Shown: positions 26,167 to 40,844 of the stretch, piece by piece | How the letters are laid out: each line of letters begins with the position of its first letter | How positions within the stretch are numbered: the first letter of the stretch is position 1 | Source of the DNA: Chrysomallon squamiferum | Lineage: Eukaryota; Animalia; Mollusca | DNA: 64,000 bases | NCBI GenBank assembly: GCA_012295275.1 | Contig: CM022679.1 | Span: forward strand, 13,578,001 to 13,642,000 | Direction: 5' to 3' | The notes under the pieces: generated by a model | Databases searched by the model: none | Told to the model about the DNA's origin: nothing | What the model saw: the letters and a program-made list of their open reading frames with translations, nothing else | Position numbers and translations under genes: made by a program

Positions 26167-29100
26167 AAAAAGTAATGTAAGTAAATAAATAAATAAAATG
26201 TAGTTTAATAATAATAATCATAATAATAATTAACATTTATTAAACTTTTTTTTTTTTTAATTTATAATTTCCAGTATGGATTAGTTTTTAACTTGGAAAT
26301 TCTGAACTATTTATATCTCCTACGCGACAGATAAATCTGAACAAACCGTAATTTCTGTCTCGAAACCTTGGCTCTACGTATACACTCTTAAGTTACCCTG
26401 TTGAGGAAATATTCAAATATTCCTCGGAATACTTTTCAGTTTAACTGATTCTTTGAATCGAACTTGAACTCTAAAAGAAATAATTACAGAAAAGCAAATA
26501 AGTACACATCCAAGTAAGTCAAATTGAGTTGTTTTTTTCGTGTGTGTGTGTGTTAAAAAACTTCCCGCTTGAAACCTTGCCTCTACGTACTATTAACTTA
26601 TTCTGTGTTCAACTATAAGATTGCGGCAGTCCTCTCTCAATCCAATTTCCGTCAAGGTAAGAATACATTTTACAATTCACCCATAACTATACCCAACGTA
26701 ATCTACATTTTTCTACTGTTCCTTTTTCTTAACATATACCGTATGAAATTTGTTTAATTTGTTTTTGTCTGTATATTGTTCTCAGATTATTATATTACCG
26801 TATTAAATACATGTTATTTTTCTAAAATTTAATGATTTGGTAAATTTGAGGGTTAATACTTAGATTCGCGATTTCCAGACTTTTCTATTAACTCTATTGC
26901 TGTAAGAAATCGAGTGTCACCTGTAAATTATTAAAAAATATTGTATAGAATTAATTACCTGCATACTGTCTGTATAATCCGTCTACAAAATTTGAACGTT
27001 GTGAAAATGGAGAGATTATAATTTCTATAAACTACATGTAAAGGAAATCATTAATTAATTAATAAAACAAAACAAAACAACAACAACAACAGAAGAAGAA
27101 TAAGAGTAATAATATTTAAAGTAAAAAATAAATAATGGAAGTGATGATGGCAGCAGCATCAGTAATAGTAGTGGTAGTGGTAGTTATAGTAGTAGTAGCA
27201 ACAGTAGTAATGAACTTCATCAACAAAACCTGAGAATTGTGAGCAAATAATTCAAATCTATCTATCTCTCTGTCTATGTGGCTATCTATCTATCTAACTA
27301 TCTGTGTATGAAAAAGCAATATTGCATGTTATACAGGAAAATCGGTGATAATGTAATCTCTCAACCCTCCCATAAATTTGTTAACGACATAATTATTTTC
27401 CTCCTCTAATTTCTTATCCAGTCTCTACTTTAAAAATAGAAATGGAAAACCAAAATTTATGTCCGAAAATTGAGCGGTATAGGACAGATTGTTATATTAT
27501 GTTTTATAAACATATTTCTATTTTATTTTGAATAATTTTATTATGATTTTTTTATTTTTATTTTTTTATTTTTTATTTTTTATTTGAACCATATGAAAAC
27601 ATGTAATCATATGTAATCAATGTTATCTGTCCCGTAGCTCTATTTGCAGATGCAATGACTGGCTTTCTTTTCCTTCTAACTTTCTTTCTTTCTTATTTTT
27701 TCTTATTTATATTGTAACTTTTTGTAATGTTTTTAGATGTCTATTATTATTATTGTTATTATTGCAATATTTTATATTTCATAATGTTTTTAATTTAAAA
27801 TTTTGACATAAAACCATCATTTGTTAACTTATGCTCATGTACTGAATATCTTACAAAGTAATATCTCTATGGCATTATTTTATAATTAAAGCAAAAAATG
27901 TATTAATGGTTCGTAATGTTTCGTAATGTCTTTATTTTATGTACTTTGTGATTAACGCGACACGTGATTATTTTGTCTGAATAAAGCTGAACACACGTCA
28001 TTTCCCGCTTGAAACCTTGCCTCTACGTACTATTAACTGATTCTTTGTTCAACTATACGATCGCGGCAGTCCTCTCTCAATCCAATTTCCATCAAGCTAA
28101 CAATACATTTTACAATTCACCCATAACTATACCCAACGTAGTCTACATTTTTATTTTTATTTTATTTTATTTGATTTTTGTTTTTTAGATTAATTTTTAT
28201 TTTAAATGATATGAAAACGTAGATATGTGTAATCAATGTTATTTATATTTGCAGACGCAATGACTGGCTTTTCTTTCTTTCCCTTTCATTCTTTCTTTCT
28301 TTCTTATTTATTTATTTAATTATTTATTTATTTTTTTATGTAACTTTTTGTAAATTTGTTTAGATGTTTATTATTATTACTGTTATTATTGCAATATTTT
28401 ATTTATTTACATTACCAATTTTCACCTAAAATCATAATTTGTTAACTTATGATCATGCACAGGATATCTTACAAAATAATATCTCTATGCCAGTATTTTA
28501 TAATCAGTGAGAGACGGTAAATAAATAAATAAATAAATAAATAAAAATAAAAATAAATAAAATGCTTTTTGAATGGTTCATAACGTCTTTATTTTATGTA
28601 CTTAGTGATTATCTTGAAGTACTTATATTATATATATAGAGTTATTTTTAACTTGGAAATTCCGAACTATTTATATCTCCTACGCGACAGATAAATCTGA
28701 ACAAGCCGTAGTTTCCGTGTTGAAACCTTGACTCTACGTATACACTCTTAAGTTATCCTTTTGCGGGTGTATTCAAATATTCCTCGGAATACTCTTCAGC
28801 TTAACTGCTTATCTGAATCGAAAGTAAACACTAAACGAATTAATGACAGGAAAGTTACTATTATTGTTATTTTTGCAATATTTCATTTATTTATCTATTT
28901 ATTTATATTTTGTTTTAATTTAACACTTTTCGCCTAAAACCATCATTTGTTAACTTATGCTCATGTACTGAATATCTTACAAAATAGTATTTCTTTGCCA
29001 TTATTTTATACTTAACGAAGGAATTAAAAGGAAAAAGAAAAAAGGTTTTTTAATAGTTTTAATCAGTGAGAGACGAGAAAAAAATAAAAATAAAAATAAA

Positions 29101-30427
29101 AATAAAAAATAAAATGGTTTTTGAATGGTTCATAACGTCTTTATTTTGTGTACTTTGTGATTATCTTGAAGTACTTATAATATATATATAATTAAAAAAG
29201 TAATATAAATAAATAAATGAATAAAATATAGCAATAATAATAATAATAATAATAATAATAGTTAACATCTATTTAAAAAATAGATATGACTTGGAAATTC
29301 CGAACTATTTATATCTCTTACGCGACGACAGATAAATCGGAACAAGCCGTAATTTCCGTTTCTAAACCTTGGTGCTACGTATATACTCTGTTGAGGGTGT
29401 ATTCAAATATTCCTCGGAATACTTTTCAGTTTAACCGATTCTTTGAGTCGAAAGTGAACACTAAAGCAAATAATTACAGAAAGCAAATCATCCAGGTAGG
29501 TAAAATTACTAAACTTTAATGTATTGGTAAATTTGAGGGTTAATATTTAGATTCGCGATTTCCCAGACTTTTGTATTTTCCGGACTTGTGTTAACTCTAT
29601 TGCTCTGTGAAATCGAGTGTCACCTGTAAAGTATTAAAATTACTGTATAGAAGTAGTTACCTGCAGACTGTCTGTATAATCTATGTATTAAATATGAACG
29701 TTGTGAGAATATCTAGGGTAAATTATGACACGGCTAAATAACATTTTCTGCATTTCCGAAAGAAATTTAAAAAAATAATCTCTTATTTCATATCATGACA
29801 TACAGGGTCACTCACTGTGTCCGCACCTATTGTTATATATAACTGAAGCAGTCACGGACAAAAAATGATAACAAAAACAGTGGGGCATTACAGTATAAAT
29901 AAATGAATAAATAAATGAACTATGATAAAAATAAATAAATAAAGGATAGCAAACGATAAAACAGTAGGGGATTACAGTATAGTTCTTTGTCTAAAAATAA
30001 AACAATAAATCAGTAAATCAATAATATACCTAACGTACTCTACATTTTTATTCCTTCCTTTTTCTCTACATGTAGCGTATGAAATTTGTTTAATTTGTTT
30101 TTGTCTGTATGTTGTTCTTATATTATTATATTACCGTATTAAATAAATGTTATGTGTTCTTAAGTTTAATGTTTTGGTAAATTTGAGGGTTAATATTTAG
30201 ATTCGCGATTTCCCAGACTTTTGTATTAACTCTATTGCTCTATGAAATCGAGTGTCAACTGTAAATTATTAAAAATATTGTATAGAATTAATTACCTGCA
30301 TACTGTCTGTATAACCTCTCTACGAAATATGAACGTTGTGAGAATATTTAAGGTAAATAATGACATGGCAAAATAACGTTTTATATATTTTAGGAATAGA
30401 TTAAAAAAATAATAATAAAATACAAAA

Positions 30428-30462
<35 letters not shown>

Positions 30463-33434
30463 AAATAAAAATAAACTAAAATAAAGACGTGCAATTTCCG
30501 GTACGGATTTACTTTTAATTTGGAGAATAGAACTATTTATATCGCTTACGCGACACGTGATTATTTTGTCTGAATAAAGCTGAATACACGTCATTTTCCG
30601 CTTGAAACCTTGCCTCTACGTACTACTAAGTTATTCTGTGTTCAATTATACGATGGCGGCAGTCCTATCTCAATCCAGTTTCCATCAAGGTAAGAATACA
30701 ATTTACAATTCACTCATAACTATACCCAACGTAGTCTACATTTTTATTCTGTTCCTTTTTCTTAACATATACCGTATGAAATTTGTTTAATTTGTTTTGT
30801 TTTTTCTTGACACTGTTCTTAGATTATTATATCACTGTGTATGTAAGTCTGATGTGTTCTAGCTTTAATGTTTCTGTAAATTTTAGGGTTAATATTTAGA
30901 TCCGCGATTTCCTAGACTTTTGTATTTTCCGGACGTGTGTTAATCCTATTGTTCTATGAAATCGAGTGTCACGTGTAAATTATTTTAGAAATATAAATAA
31001 TACTGAATAAATAAATATGTAGCTTATCTTGATCTTTAATAGTACTGTCATCATTTGTTTCGTTATGGTTCCAAACCTTTCTGTCTTGCTGTAGCCATGT
31101 TCATTTTATAATAATTTCTGACTTAGGTATTTCAGATTAATTGTGACATTAATGCCGTGTGATTTGTTTGAGTTGTACAATAAAATAGTAATTTCTGAGT
31201 AGTATATTTTTACATTTTTAACACTACAGAAGAAGTTCATTTTTATTGTAGTTTATTTTTAATTTAATTTAATTTTATTTAATTTTATTTCAAATCGTTT
31301 TTATATTTATTTTATTTTATCTATTTATTTAATTAATTATTTTATTTAATTTATTTACTTAATTAATTTTTTTTTTTTTATTTTTTAAATTTATTTTATA
31401 TTATATTTATTTTATTTTATTTATTTCGTTTTATTTATTTATGTATTTATTATTTTTTATTTTTTTTACTATTTTAACTGTAATTTTGTTTTAGATGTTT
31501 GTTAATATTATTGCTATTGCAATATTTTATTTTTCACCTCTAATTTGTTTTAAAAATAGAAAAGGAAAACCAAAATTTATGTTCTAAAATTGAGCAGTAT
31601 ACAGATTATTATATTTCATTTTATAAACATAGTTTTATTTTATTTTAATTTATTTTATTATATGTTTTTATTTTTATTTTAATTTTATTTTTATTCTTTT
31701 CTTAAATTTTATTTTAAATCATATGAAAATGTACATTTGTATAATCAATGTTATCTTTCCCGAAGCTGTATTTTCGGACGCAATGACTAGCTTTTCTTTT
31801 TTCTTTCTTTCTTTCTTCTTCTTCTGATTAATTAATTAATTAATTTATTTATTTTTTATTGTAACTTTTGTAAATTTTTATTATATGTTTATTATTATTA
31901 TTGTTATTTTTGCAATATTTCATTTATCTATTTATTTATATTATATTTTTAATTTAACAATATACGCCTAAAACCATCACTTGTTAACTTATGCTTATGC
32001 ACTGAATATCTTACAAAGTAATATCTCTATGCCATTATTTTATAATTAACGAGAAAAGGTAAAAAAAAAATATTTAAAAAATAGAAAAAAAAGCTTTTTG
32101 AATGGTTCGTAATATCTTTTCTTTATGTACTTTTTGGTTAATTTGAAGTACTTATAATATATATATATACATATAATTAACAAAGTAATGTAAGTAAATA
32201 AATAAATAAAATGTAGCTGTAATAATAATAGTAATAATAATAATGATTATAAACATCTATTACCTTTTTTTTTTTTCTTTTTTTGATATAATTTCCGGTA
32301 TGGATTGATTTTTATTTTTATTTTAAATCATAAGAAAATGTACATATGTGAAATCAATGTTATCTGTATTTGCAGACGCACACTAACTGGCTTGGAAATT
32401 CTGAACTATTTATACCTCCTACGCGACAGATAGATCTGAACAAGCCGTAATTTCCGACTCGAAACCTTGGCTCGACGTATACACTATTAAGTTATCCTGT
32501 TGAGGAAATATTCAAATATTCCTCGGAATACTCTTCAATTTAACTGATTCTTTCAGTCGAAAGTGAACATTAAAGAAAATCATTACAGAAAAGCAAATAA
32601 GTAATCATCCAAGTAAGGTAAATTACTAAACTTTAATGTTTTGGTAAATTTTAGGGTTAATATTTGGATTCGCGATTTCCCGGATTTTGCATTTTCCGGA
32701 CTTGTGTTAACTCTATTGCTCTGTGAACTCGAGTGTATACCAATAACTATACCCAACGTAGCCTACATTTTTATCCTCTTCCTTTTTCGTAACATATACA
32801 GTATGGAATTTGTTTAATTTGTTTTTGTCTGTAATCTGTTCTTAGATTATTATATTACTGTGATATGTATGTGTTATGTGTACTAAAGTTTAATGTTTTT
32901 GTATATTTTAGGGTTAATATTTAGATTGGCGAATTCCCAAACTTTTGTATTTTCCGGAAAGATGTTAACCCTATTCTATATGAAATCGAGGATCACCTCT
33001 AAATTATTAAAATTATTGTGTAGAATTACCCGTAGACTGTATAATGTATTTATGAAATATGAACGTTGTAAGGATATCTAGGGTAAATGATGACATGGCA
33101 AAATAATATTTTCTATATTTTGTAAAAAAAAAAAAAAAAATAGTTAATAGAAAAAAAAAAAAAAAAAAAAAATAAAATTAAATGAATAATGATAAAAATA
33201 AATAAAAAGTATCTTTTACAACTATAAATTGTGCTCAGTATATTAAATAAATAAATTAGTCGCTTATGATCTTTAATAGTGTACTACTGTTTCTTTGTAA
33301 TCTCTTATTTCATATAATGACGTACGGGGTCTCCTCTCTGTGACCGCACATATTGTTATATAGTACTTAAGCAGTGAAGGATAGCTAATGATCGAATAGT
33401 AGGGGATTACAGTATAGTTTATTTCCCACAAGAC

Positions 33435-33701
33435 CAGTAGGTGCAGAGGTCTGGTGATGCCCGGGGCCATCTCTTTGATTGTATTCCCCAAAGACTCAAG
33501 TATAAAGCCTAGTACTTATTATTAAAATATTATGAGAAAGGAAAATATTTTGAATATGTAAACACAAACAAAACATAAAACACTTTATTCAATTTAAATA
33601 TAAATCTATCAAATTTATTAAGTCCTTTTCTCTGATTGGATGCGTCCTCAATTTGGATGCCCAGGGCCACCGCCCCTTCAGCCCCACTCTGCACACACCT
33701 G
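33435..33701. mobile_element. hAT-type MITE
   Basis: Imperfect TIRs cagtaggtgcagag / ctctgcacacacctg. The 8-bp flanks cacaagac and caaaatac are each one change from empty-site caaaagac (e.g. ~12404). Confidence 0.75.
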
Positions 33702-34182
33702 CAAAATACCTCAATGGGCTAACACTTTACAAGTCGAACACGATTGGAGACGGAATGAGCATATTCTGTTGCAGATTTCTGTCCTGTCAAGAGGAGCATT
33801 TGCCGTAGATGTCTGTCAAAGTCAAGTTGCCAACCTTCCACCAGATCTCAATTGTAAAACTGTAGCTTCAACAAAGGCCTGTTCTCTCTTAATCATATTT
33901 ATGAATTCAAAATTGTTGGGATAAATACTGCCAATCGTCTTCAGTTTTGAATGCCATCTCTCAACGTGATTCGTAGTACTGGCACCATTTGTTTCGAAAT
34001 GGTTCCTGACTTTTCCGTCGGGAAGTTTAATCCACTGTTCGATAACAGTCCGGAAACCTTAAAACAAGTTGATCCTGTGGATCGGCTTGGATTCTGACTA
34101 AGTGTTCACTTTAATGAGACTGACTATAGAGATATAAGCATTCAGCTTTATCACTTAAATCAGAGGTCGGCAGTGTTTTGTA

Positions 34183-34236
<54 letters not shown>

Positions 34237-34324
34237 TTATATCGCCGCCGTTTTCCCATTCGTCACTAAAGCTGTGATATCGACGCATATATGATGGACT
34301 CATACAGTTTGTGTGAAAACACTA

Positions 34325-34356
<32 letters not shown>

Positions 34357-34597
34357 AAAAAATTATTATATAAGGCCAAACAGCAGACATAAATGACATA
34401 AATGGTGGGTATATGCAGAATTTATATATAATATGTACATACGTGTGTGTGTGTGCAAGTGTGTATATGTATGTGTGTATATGTATGTATGTATATAATT
34501 ATGAATGTATATAATAATTTTTGACTTATTAAAAATACTCTTTAATTGGAATTTAGAGAAATAATAAAGTAAAGTTTTATTTTCAGACGTACACAAT

Positions 34598-34757
34598 ATG
34601 ACCACTGGAAATAAATATGCATGTGGCCCTGATATATGTGATGAGATAGAACAGTATTGTAAACCTAACGACGACAGGTGCAATTACTGCACATACTTCA
34701 GTGATATGTGCAACTCTACAAGTTTGGATTTCCGTAAACGTTATCATATCTGTATAG
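34598..34757 (+). CDS. TNFR-like receptor copy C, Cys-rich-domain exon (7 Cys)
   Basis: Acceptor ends at 34586, ATG at 34598, donor G|gtatgt. MTTGNKYACGPDICDEIEQYCKPNDDRCNYCTYFSDMCNSTSLDFRKRYHICI. Confidence 0.8.
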
Positions 34758-36039
34758 GTATGTAGATGTGTGTATACGGTGTGTGTGTGTGCGTGTGTGT
34801 GTGTGTGTGTTCATTAGTATATGCGTCTTTACATGATGGTATTGTATGTGTGTGTGTTTGAATATTTATGAATGAGTATGAGTGTGTGTTTTATCAGCTA
34901 TAAAGCTTTCTAATAAGAAATATTTTTGTTATTTGTATGTTATAAAATGTCTCTATAAGGCTAGATGATATTATATTTTATAACAGTACTGTAACATTCT
35001 TATTATGTGTTTTGTTATTTGACAAATAAATAAATAAATAAATAAATAATACAAATTCAGACAAATAGATAAATAAATAAATAAATAAGTGAATTTGTCT
35101 GTGTATCTCTGTGTGTTTATGTGGATATATGTATGAATGCATGCATCTATATTTGTATTTTTAGTTTGTGTATGTTTCTATGTACATGTTTGTTTCTGTG
35201 TGCTTGTGGCTTGTGTGTGTATGTATCTATGTATGTGTGTGTGTGTGTATATATTTAAGAATTAAAAAACACACTAATTAAAATATTTTTTTAAAATTTT
35301 ATCTCTAGGGATTTGAGTTGATTTAAATTTGATGTAATGTATATTATAGTGTGCTTTGGTCATTTGACTATATATTTATGCACGAGTATGTGTGTGCGTG
35401 CGTGTGTGTGTGTTGTATTAGTTATAAAATATCTAATATTTGTATGTTTTAAAATGTTTCTAGGCTAGATGATGCTTTATTTTATAACATAACTATAACA
35501 TTTTTTTATTATGTCTTTCTATTTGCGAAATAAATAAATAAATAAATAAATAGACACAGATTTTCACAAAATTACAGCTTTTGTGTTTTTTATCTCAATT
35601 TACAATCAGAGAAAGGTAAATGTTATTATTATTACACGAGAAAATTATTACGAGAAAATAATAAACATTTGTATCTTTGTGTGTGTGTGTGTGTGTGTGC
35701 GCGTGTGACTGTGTGAATATATGTATTTGTCATTGTTTGTATATCAGGATATATGTGTATATATGTATGTATGTTTGTATGTATTATGGCAGTGTATATG
35801 TATGTAGGTTTGTAGGTATGTGTATTTGTATATATGTTGCTGTGTTTATGTATTTATGTATGTATGTTTGTATGTATGTGTGTATGTTTTACATTTTGGG
35901 TTATAACATTTTGGGTTTTGGTTTCATTTTGTACAGAGTAACAACTTTTTTTGTGCTTATTTTATCAGATAAATGTTTTGTGTGTATATCTGTGTATCAA
36001 TGTATGTTTATGTGGATAATGTATGTACGTATGTATGTA

Positions 36040-36250
36040 GTTTAGGATTTTGAATATTCTGTGTTTTATGTACGTCTGAATAGAATCTGCACATAGACAA
36101 TATTCGGGAACGCACTGGCACAGGAGGATAAAGTCCAATCACGACCTCACAAACCCGTCAGATGTCGCTGACGAGACTCGAACGTATGACACCCATTCGC
36201 TTGCACTCCGAAGGCGGACGATGTTACCGTTCGGCTATCAAACAACTCTG
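36040..36250 (-). mobile_element. tRNA-derived SINE (family 2)
   Basis: Most complete copy; A-box TAGCCGAACGG, B-box GTTCGAGTC, (TACA)n tail. Confidence 0.72.
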
Positions 36251-36280
36251 TATATATGAGGATATATGTATGTATGTATG

Positions 36281-36314
<34 letters not shown>

Positions 36315-36648
36315 TGTATGTATGTATGTATGTATGTATGTATGTATGTATTACGGCAGTGTTTGTGTATGTATTTTTGTATGTATGTATGTGATTATTT
36401 ACATATGTATAGTATATATGTGTGTGTGTGGATGTGTATGTATGAATGTATGTCTATATTTTATGGCAGTGAATGTGTATGTGTATGTTTGTGTGTGTGT
36501 TTCTATATATATGTATGTGTGTATGTATGTATACGTGTATGTATATGTATATGTACTAAGGCAGCAGTCGAGTTTGCTTTATAACAGTGGCTAAACTTAT
36601 AGTTTTTTCTAAAGGTGATGTTACAAAGTTACTTTGATTGTATTTCAG

Positions 36649-36827
36649 ATCTTCCACAGAATAACGAGGTCCTTTATACAGCACTTTTCATAGCATGTCT
36701 AACAGCAGTAGCAGTATTATCAGCTGCAGCTGTAGCGGTTTTCCTAAGGCGGAGAAAATTGAGTAAGAACAAACATGAACACGGTGTTGAAAAAGTTGAA
36801 GAACAAACACACACACATATATGCACA

Positions 36828-36863
<36 letters not shown>

Positions 36864-36890
36864 CCCTGCACATGTTTCAGTTCAGATTAA
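36649..36890 (+). CDS. TNFR-like copy C, transmembrane exon C1 (donor deleted; cryptic donor at 36762)
   Basis: DLPQNNEVLYTALFIACLTAVAVLSAAAVAVFLRRRKL..., read-through to CTCFSSD*. Confidence 0.7.
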
Positions 36891-37199
36891 TTTCAAATTC
36901 TATCAAAATACATAAAATTTTTTTTTAAAAAAATGAACAGACAAATAAATAAATACACTTTTGTGTTTTTGATCTCATTTTATACACAGTAACACTTTTT
37001 CTCTGTGTTTATTTCACCAGATTATATTTATTTTTTGTTTTTGTTTCAGATTTCCATGGCAGTCAAATAACAGAAAGTAAGGCTTATTATTACTACAGCC
37101 ATGAAATAATAAATGCTTGTGTATGCATATCTGTGCGTATGTGTATATTTGTATGTATTATGTATGTTTGTATATATGTATGTATTATGTATGTATGTA

Positions 37200-37410
37200 G
37201 TGTAGGATTTTGAATAGTCTGTGTCTTATGTACGTCTGAATAGACTTTGCACATAGACAATATTGGGTAACGCACTGGCACAGGAGGACAAAGTCCAATC
37301 ACAACCTCACAAACCCGTCAGATGCCGCTGACGAGACTCGAACGTATGACAGCCATTCGCCCGCACTCCGAAGGGAGACGACGTTACCGTTCAGCCATCA
37401 AACAACCCTG
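37200..37410 (-). mobile_element. tRNA-derived SINE (family 2), duplicated together with the TM exon
   Basis: Near-identical to 36040-36250. Confidence 0.72.
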
Positions 37411-37421
37411 TATATATGAGA

Positions 37422-37454
<33 letters not shown>

Positions 37455-37852
37455 TGTATGTATGTATGTATGTATGTATGTATGTATGTATGTATGTATG
37501 TATGTATGTATGTATGTATGTATGTATGTATGTATGTATGTATGTATGTATTACGGCAGTGTTTGTCTATGTATGTATGTATGAATATCTGATTATTTAC
37601 ATATGTATAGTATATATGTGTGTGTGTGGATGTGTATGTATGAATGTATATATATATTTTATGGCAGTGAATGTGTATGTGTGTTTGTGTGTGTGTTTCT
37701 ATATATATGTATGTGTTTGTATATATGTATGTATGTATGTATATGTATATGTATATGTGCTAAGGCAGCAGTCGAGTTTGCTTTATAACAGTGGCTAAAT
37801 TTATACTGTTTTCTAAAGGTGATGTTACAAAGTTACTTTGATTGTATTTCAG

Positions 37853-38007
37853 ATCTTCCACAGAATAACGAGGTCCTTTATACAGCACTTTTCATAGCAT
37901 GTCTAACAGCAGTAGCAGTATTATCAGTTGCAGCTGTAGCGGTTTTCCTAAAGCGGAGAAAATTGAGTAAGAACAAACATGAACACGGTGTTGAAAAAGT
38001 TGAAGAA

Positions 38008-38050
<43 letters not shown>

Positions 38051-38058
38051 GCACACCA

Positions 38059-38105
<47 letters not shown>

Positions 38106-38316
38106 GCACACAACACTGCACATGTTTCAGTTCAGATTAATTTCAAATTCTATCAAAATACATAAATTTGTTGTTACGTGCCAGTATGTCAAAATGAAAT
38201 GTGTATTCTTTCAATATTTTATTTGTTTGATCTCCAAGATAAATAGACTTTACAAAACCAGTTTCTTTCGTTACATTCTCTTTTATTTTGTTTTATACAA
38301 TATTTGTCATATATAA
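37853..38316 (+). CDS. TNFR-like copy C, duplicated transmembrane exon C2 (donor deleted; cryptic donor at 37966)
   Basis: Tandem ~1.2-kb duplicate of C1 with the same acceptor; read-through frame differs after the (CA)n. Confidence 0.6.
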
Positions 38317-39277
38317 ACACATTTTTCTTATTTAAAAACAAGTTAAATTGTATTTAAATGTATTTAATGAATGTTCCTGCTTTTTTAGTACTTTCCAAAG
38401 TCTGTCATTGTGTGACTGTGACAAGCATCCTTGAAAATAGCTTGATCCTATTAATGTTTACTTTTTTCACTCCCTCACTCATGCATACATCGCTCACTAA
38501 CCCATCCACTGACTTACTCACTTGCACATGTGTATATATATACACACACACACATACACACACGTACATATATTATAAATGCAGGAAATAATAATTACTG
38601 AATCATATTGGTCTTCTCCATACAAATAACCTTTAAAGTATGAATCCATGCTAATTTGGATATAAACAAGTCTTTTTCTGACAACTTATAACAAATCAGT
38701 CCTCAACAAACAAAATGATGTCGTCATCACTGATGCAAATAAAGGTTACATTACTGATCCAGTTTCGTGATAGTATATTTTTTACTGACGTACTTTATTA
38801 ATAGCAAAGTTTAGTTGTCATTTATTTAAAACAAAAGAACGAAAACAAACAAAAAAAAAACAACCCCAAAACTATAAATTAGGAGATACACTGAATGTGT
38901 TATTGTCAAAGTAGAAGCCTATATTAAGGTTAATTTGAAAAAAAAAAAATTAATGTCTTGCTGTGTTGCTGCTGTAAAATATTAATTTTTGTTCAGTTCA
39001 TAACAATTTCTGACTTATGCTATTACATGTATTTCAGAATAATTGTGACAATAATATTAATGCTATCTAAAATTTGTAGATGAAATGTGATTGGTATGAG
39101 TTGTACAATGAAACAGCAATTTCTTAGTAGTATATTTTTATATTTTTAACAATGTTTATCTCATTTTCTTACTTTTTTTTTTTTTTTTTTTATTTTTTAT
39201 TTTTTTTTTTTTCTCTCATAGAGTTATATTAAGTGACTAATAAAAGATATGAGTATATTAAGTTTTAATATTTCTAG

Positions 39278-39498
39278 GGAACAAGATGGTGTTGCAGAAC
39301 GGGTGTGCTGAATCACAGATAGAGGCAGGAGATGGAGCTGGGGACACAGATACAACAACTTTGTGTCAGGCAGTTCCCAACGGGAACATCCACTGCAGCA
39401 GTGATGAAAAAGAAGGAGAGGATGTTGATGCTAATAGAACATCTCTACAGAAGAAGAAACAGATGAAGATCATTTTTTTTCTTTTTTTTTTTTTTTGA
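39278..39498 (+). CDS. TNFR-like copy C, terminal cytoplasmic exon (3'-truncated)
   Basis: Acceptor tttctag ends at 39277, phase 1. NKMVLQNGCAESQIEAG...DANRTSLQKKKQMKIIFFLFFFF*. Confidence 0.65.
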
Positions 39499-40053
39499 TT
39501 TTTGATTTTTAAATTTTATTTAATTTTTTTCTATTCATTTTATTTTTATTTTATATATTTATTTTATTTCATTTTATTTGTTTATTTTTTTTACTTTTCA
39601 TATCATTTCATTTTATTTCAGTTTTGTAACTTTATTTTATTGAATTATAATTATTTATTTATTTTATTTAATTTCTTTAATTTTATTTTATTTTTATTTT
39701 TTTATTTTTTTTTTTTTTTTAAATTTATTTATTTTATTTATTTTTTTATTTCAATTTATTTATTTTATTTTTATTTATCTATTAATTTATTAATTTGTTT
39801 GTTTCCTTATTTATTTTATTTTATTTAATTTTATTTATGTATTAATTTAATTTTTAATTTAATTTTATTTTATTTAACTTTATTTTATTTTATTTCTATT
39901 TGTTTATATATTTATTTTGTTTTATTTATTTATTTATTTAATTTATTGATTCATTGATTGATTTCTTTATATATTTCATTTTATTTATTGATTCATTGAT
40001 TGATTGACTGATTGATTGATTTTATTTTATTTTATTTTATTTTATTTTTTTTT

Positions 40054-40085
<32 letters not shown>

Positions 40086-40844
40086 CTTTTTTTTTTATTT
40101 TATTTTATTTTTTTTTATTCATTTAAGCCTGTGCTTATTGTAGCTCAGTTTTGGTTTTAATAGTGAAACAAACCACATTAAAAAAATCTCCTTGGATAAC
40201 TACTTTTTATTTTATTTTATTACGTTGATATATGTTTGCTTCGATATCATGTTTTTCCATCAGACTGCTTACTTAATCTAATAGATTAGCGTACAGGATA
40301 GATAACATTTACCAAATAACTGTTACGAAATTCAAAAGCTAAAGAAACTTGTAGATGATATAATCATTTAATACAAAGTAGCTAACATATGATATTTAGG
40401 GAGGTTAGAAGTATGATTTTTTACTGTTATTCTAGATAATGTGTCTGAGACATTAGTTTAAGATTGTTTTATAATGTACATGACTATTGAGTGTCTATAG
40501 GACAATTATTTATTTACTGAACCAAATATGCAAAATTACATGTAAACAAAGTTAAATAACAAATGGTAAACATTTATAAACAAAGGTAAACACAATACAG
40601 AACAAAAATAAGGTCATGTCATTATGACGCTCACATTATAATGTACATGTTCTAACACAACTAATATACTACTGTTGTTCTAGATACAAACATTTCACTG
40701 TTATAATAGTCTAACAAATCATACCAAAAAATATTTGGTTTTTTTCTTCTTCTTCTTCACAAGTACAGATAACTAGGTGTTTTTTTTATTTATTTATTTA
40801 TTTATTTTTTAATGAGAGATAATTATATAAACTGAAATACCCAC

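Noticed and set aside
36150-36250. tRNA gene
   Set aside because: Only A/B boxes; no convincing cloverleaf; attached to a repeated body and tail, so called a SINE.
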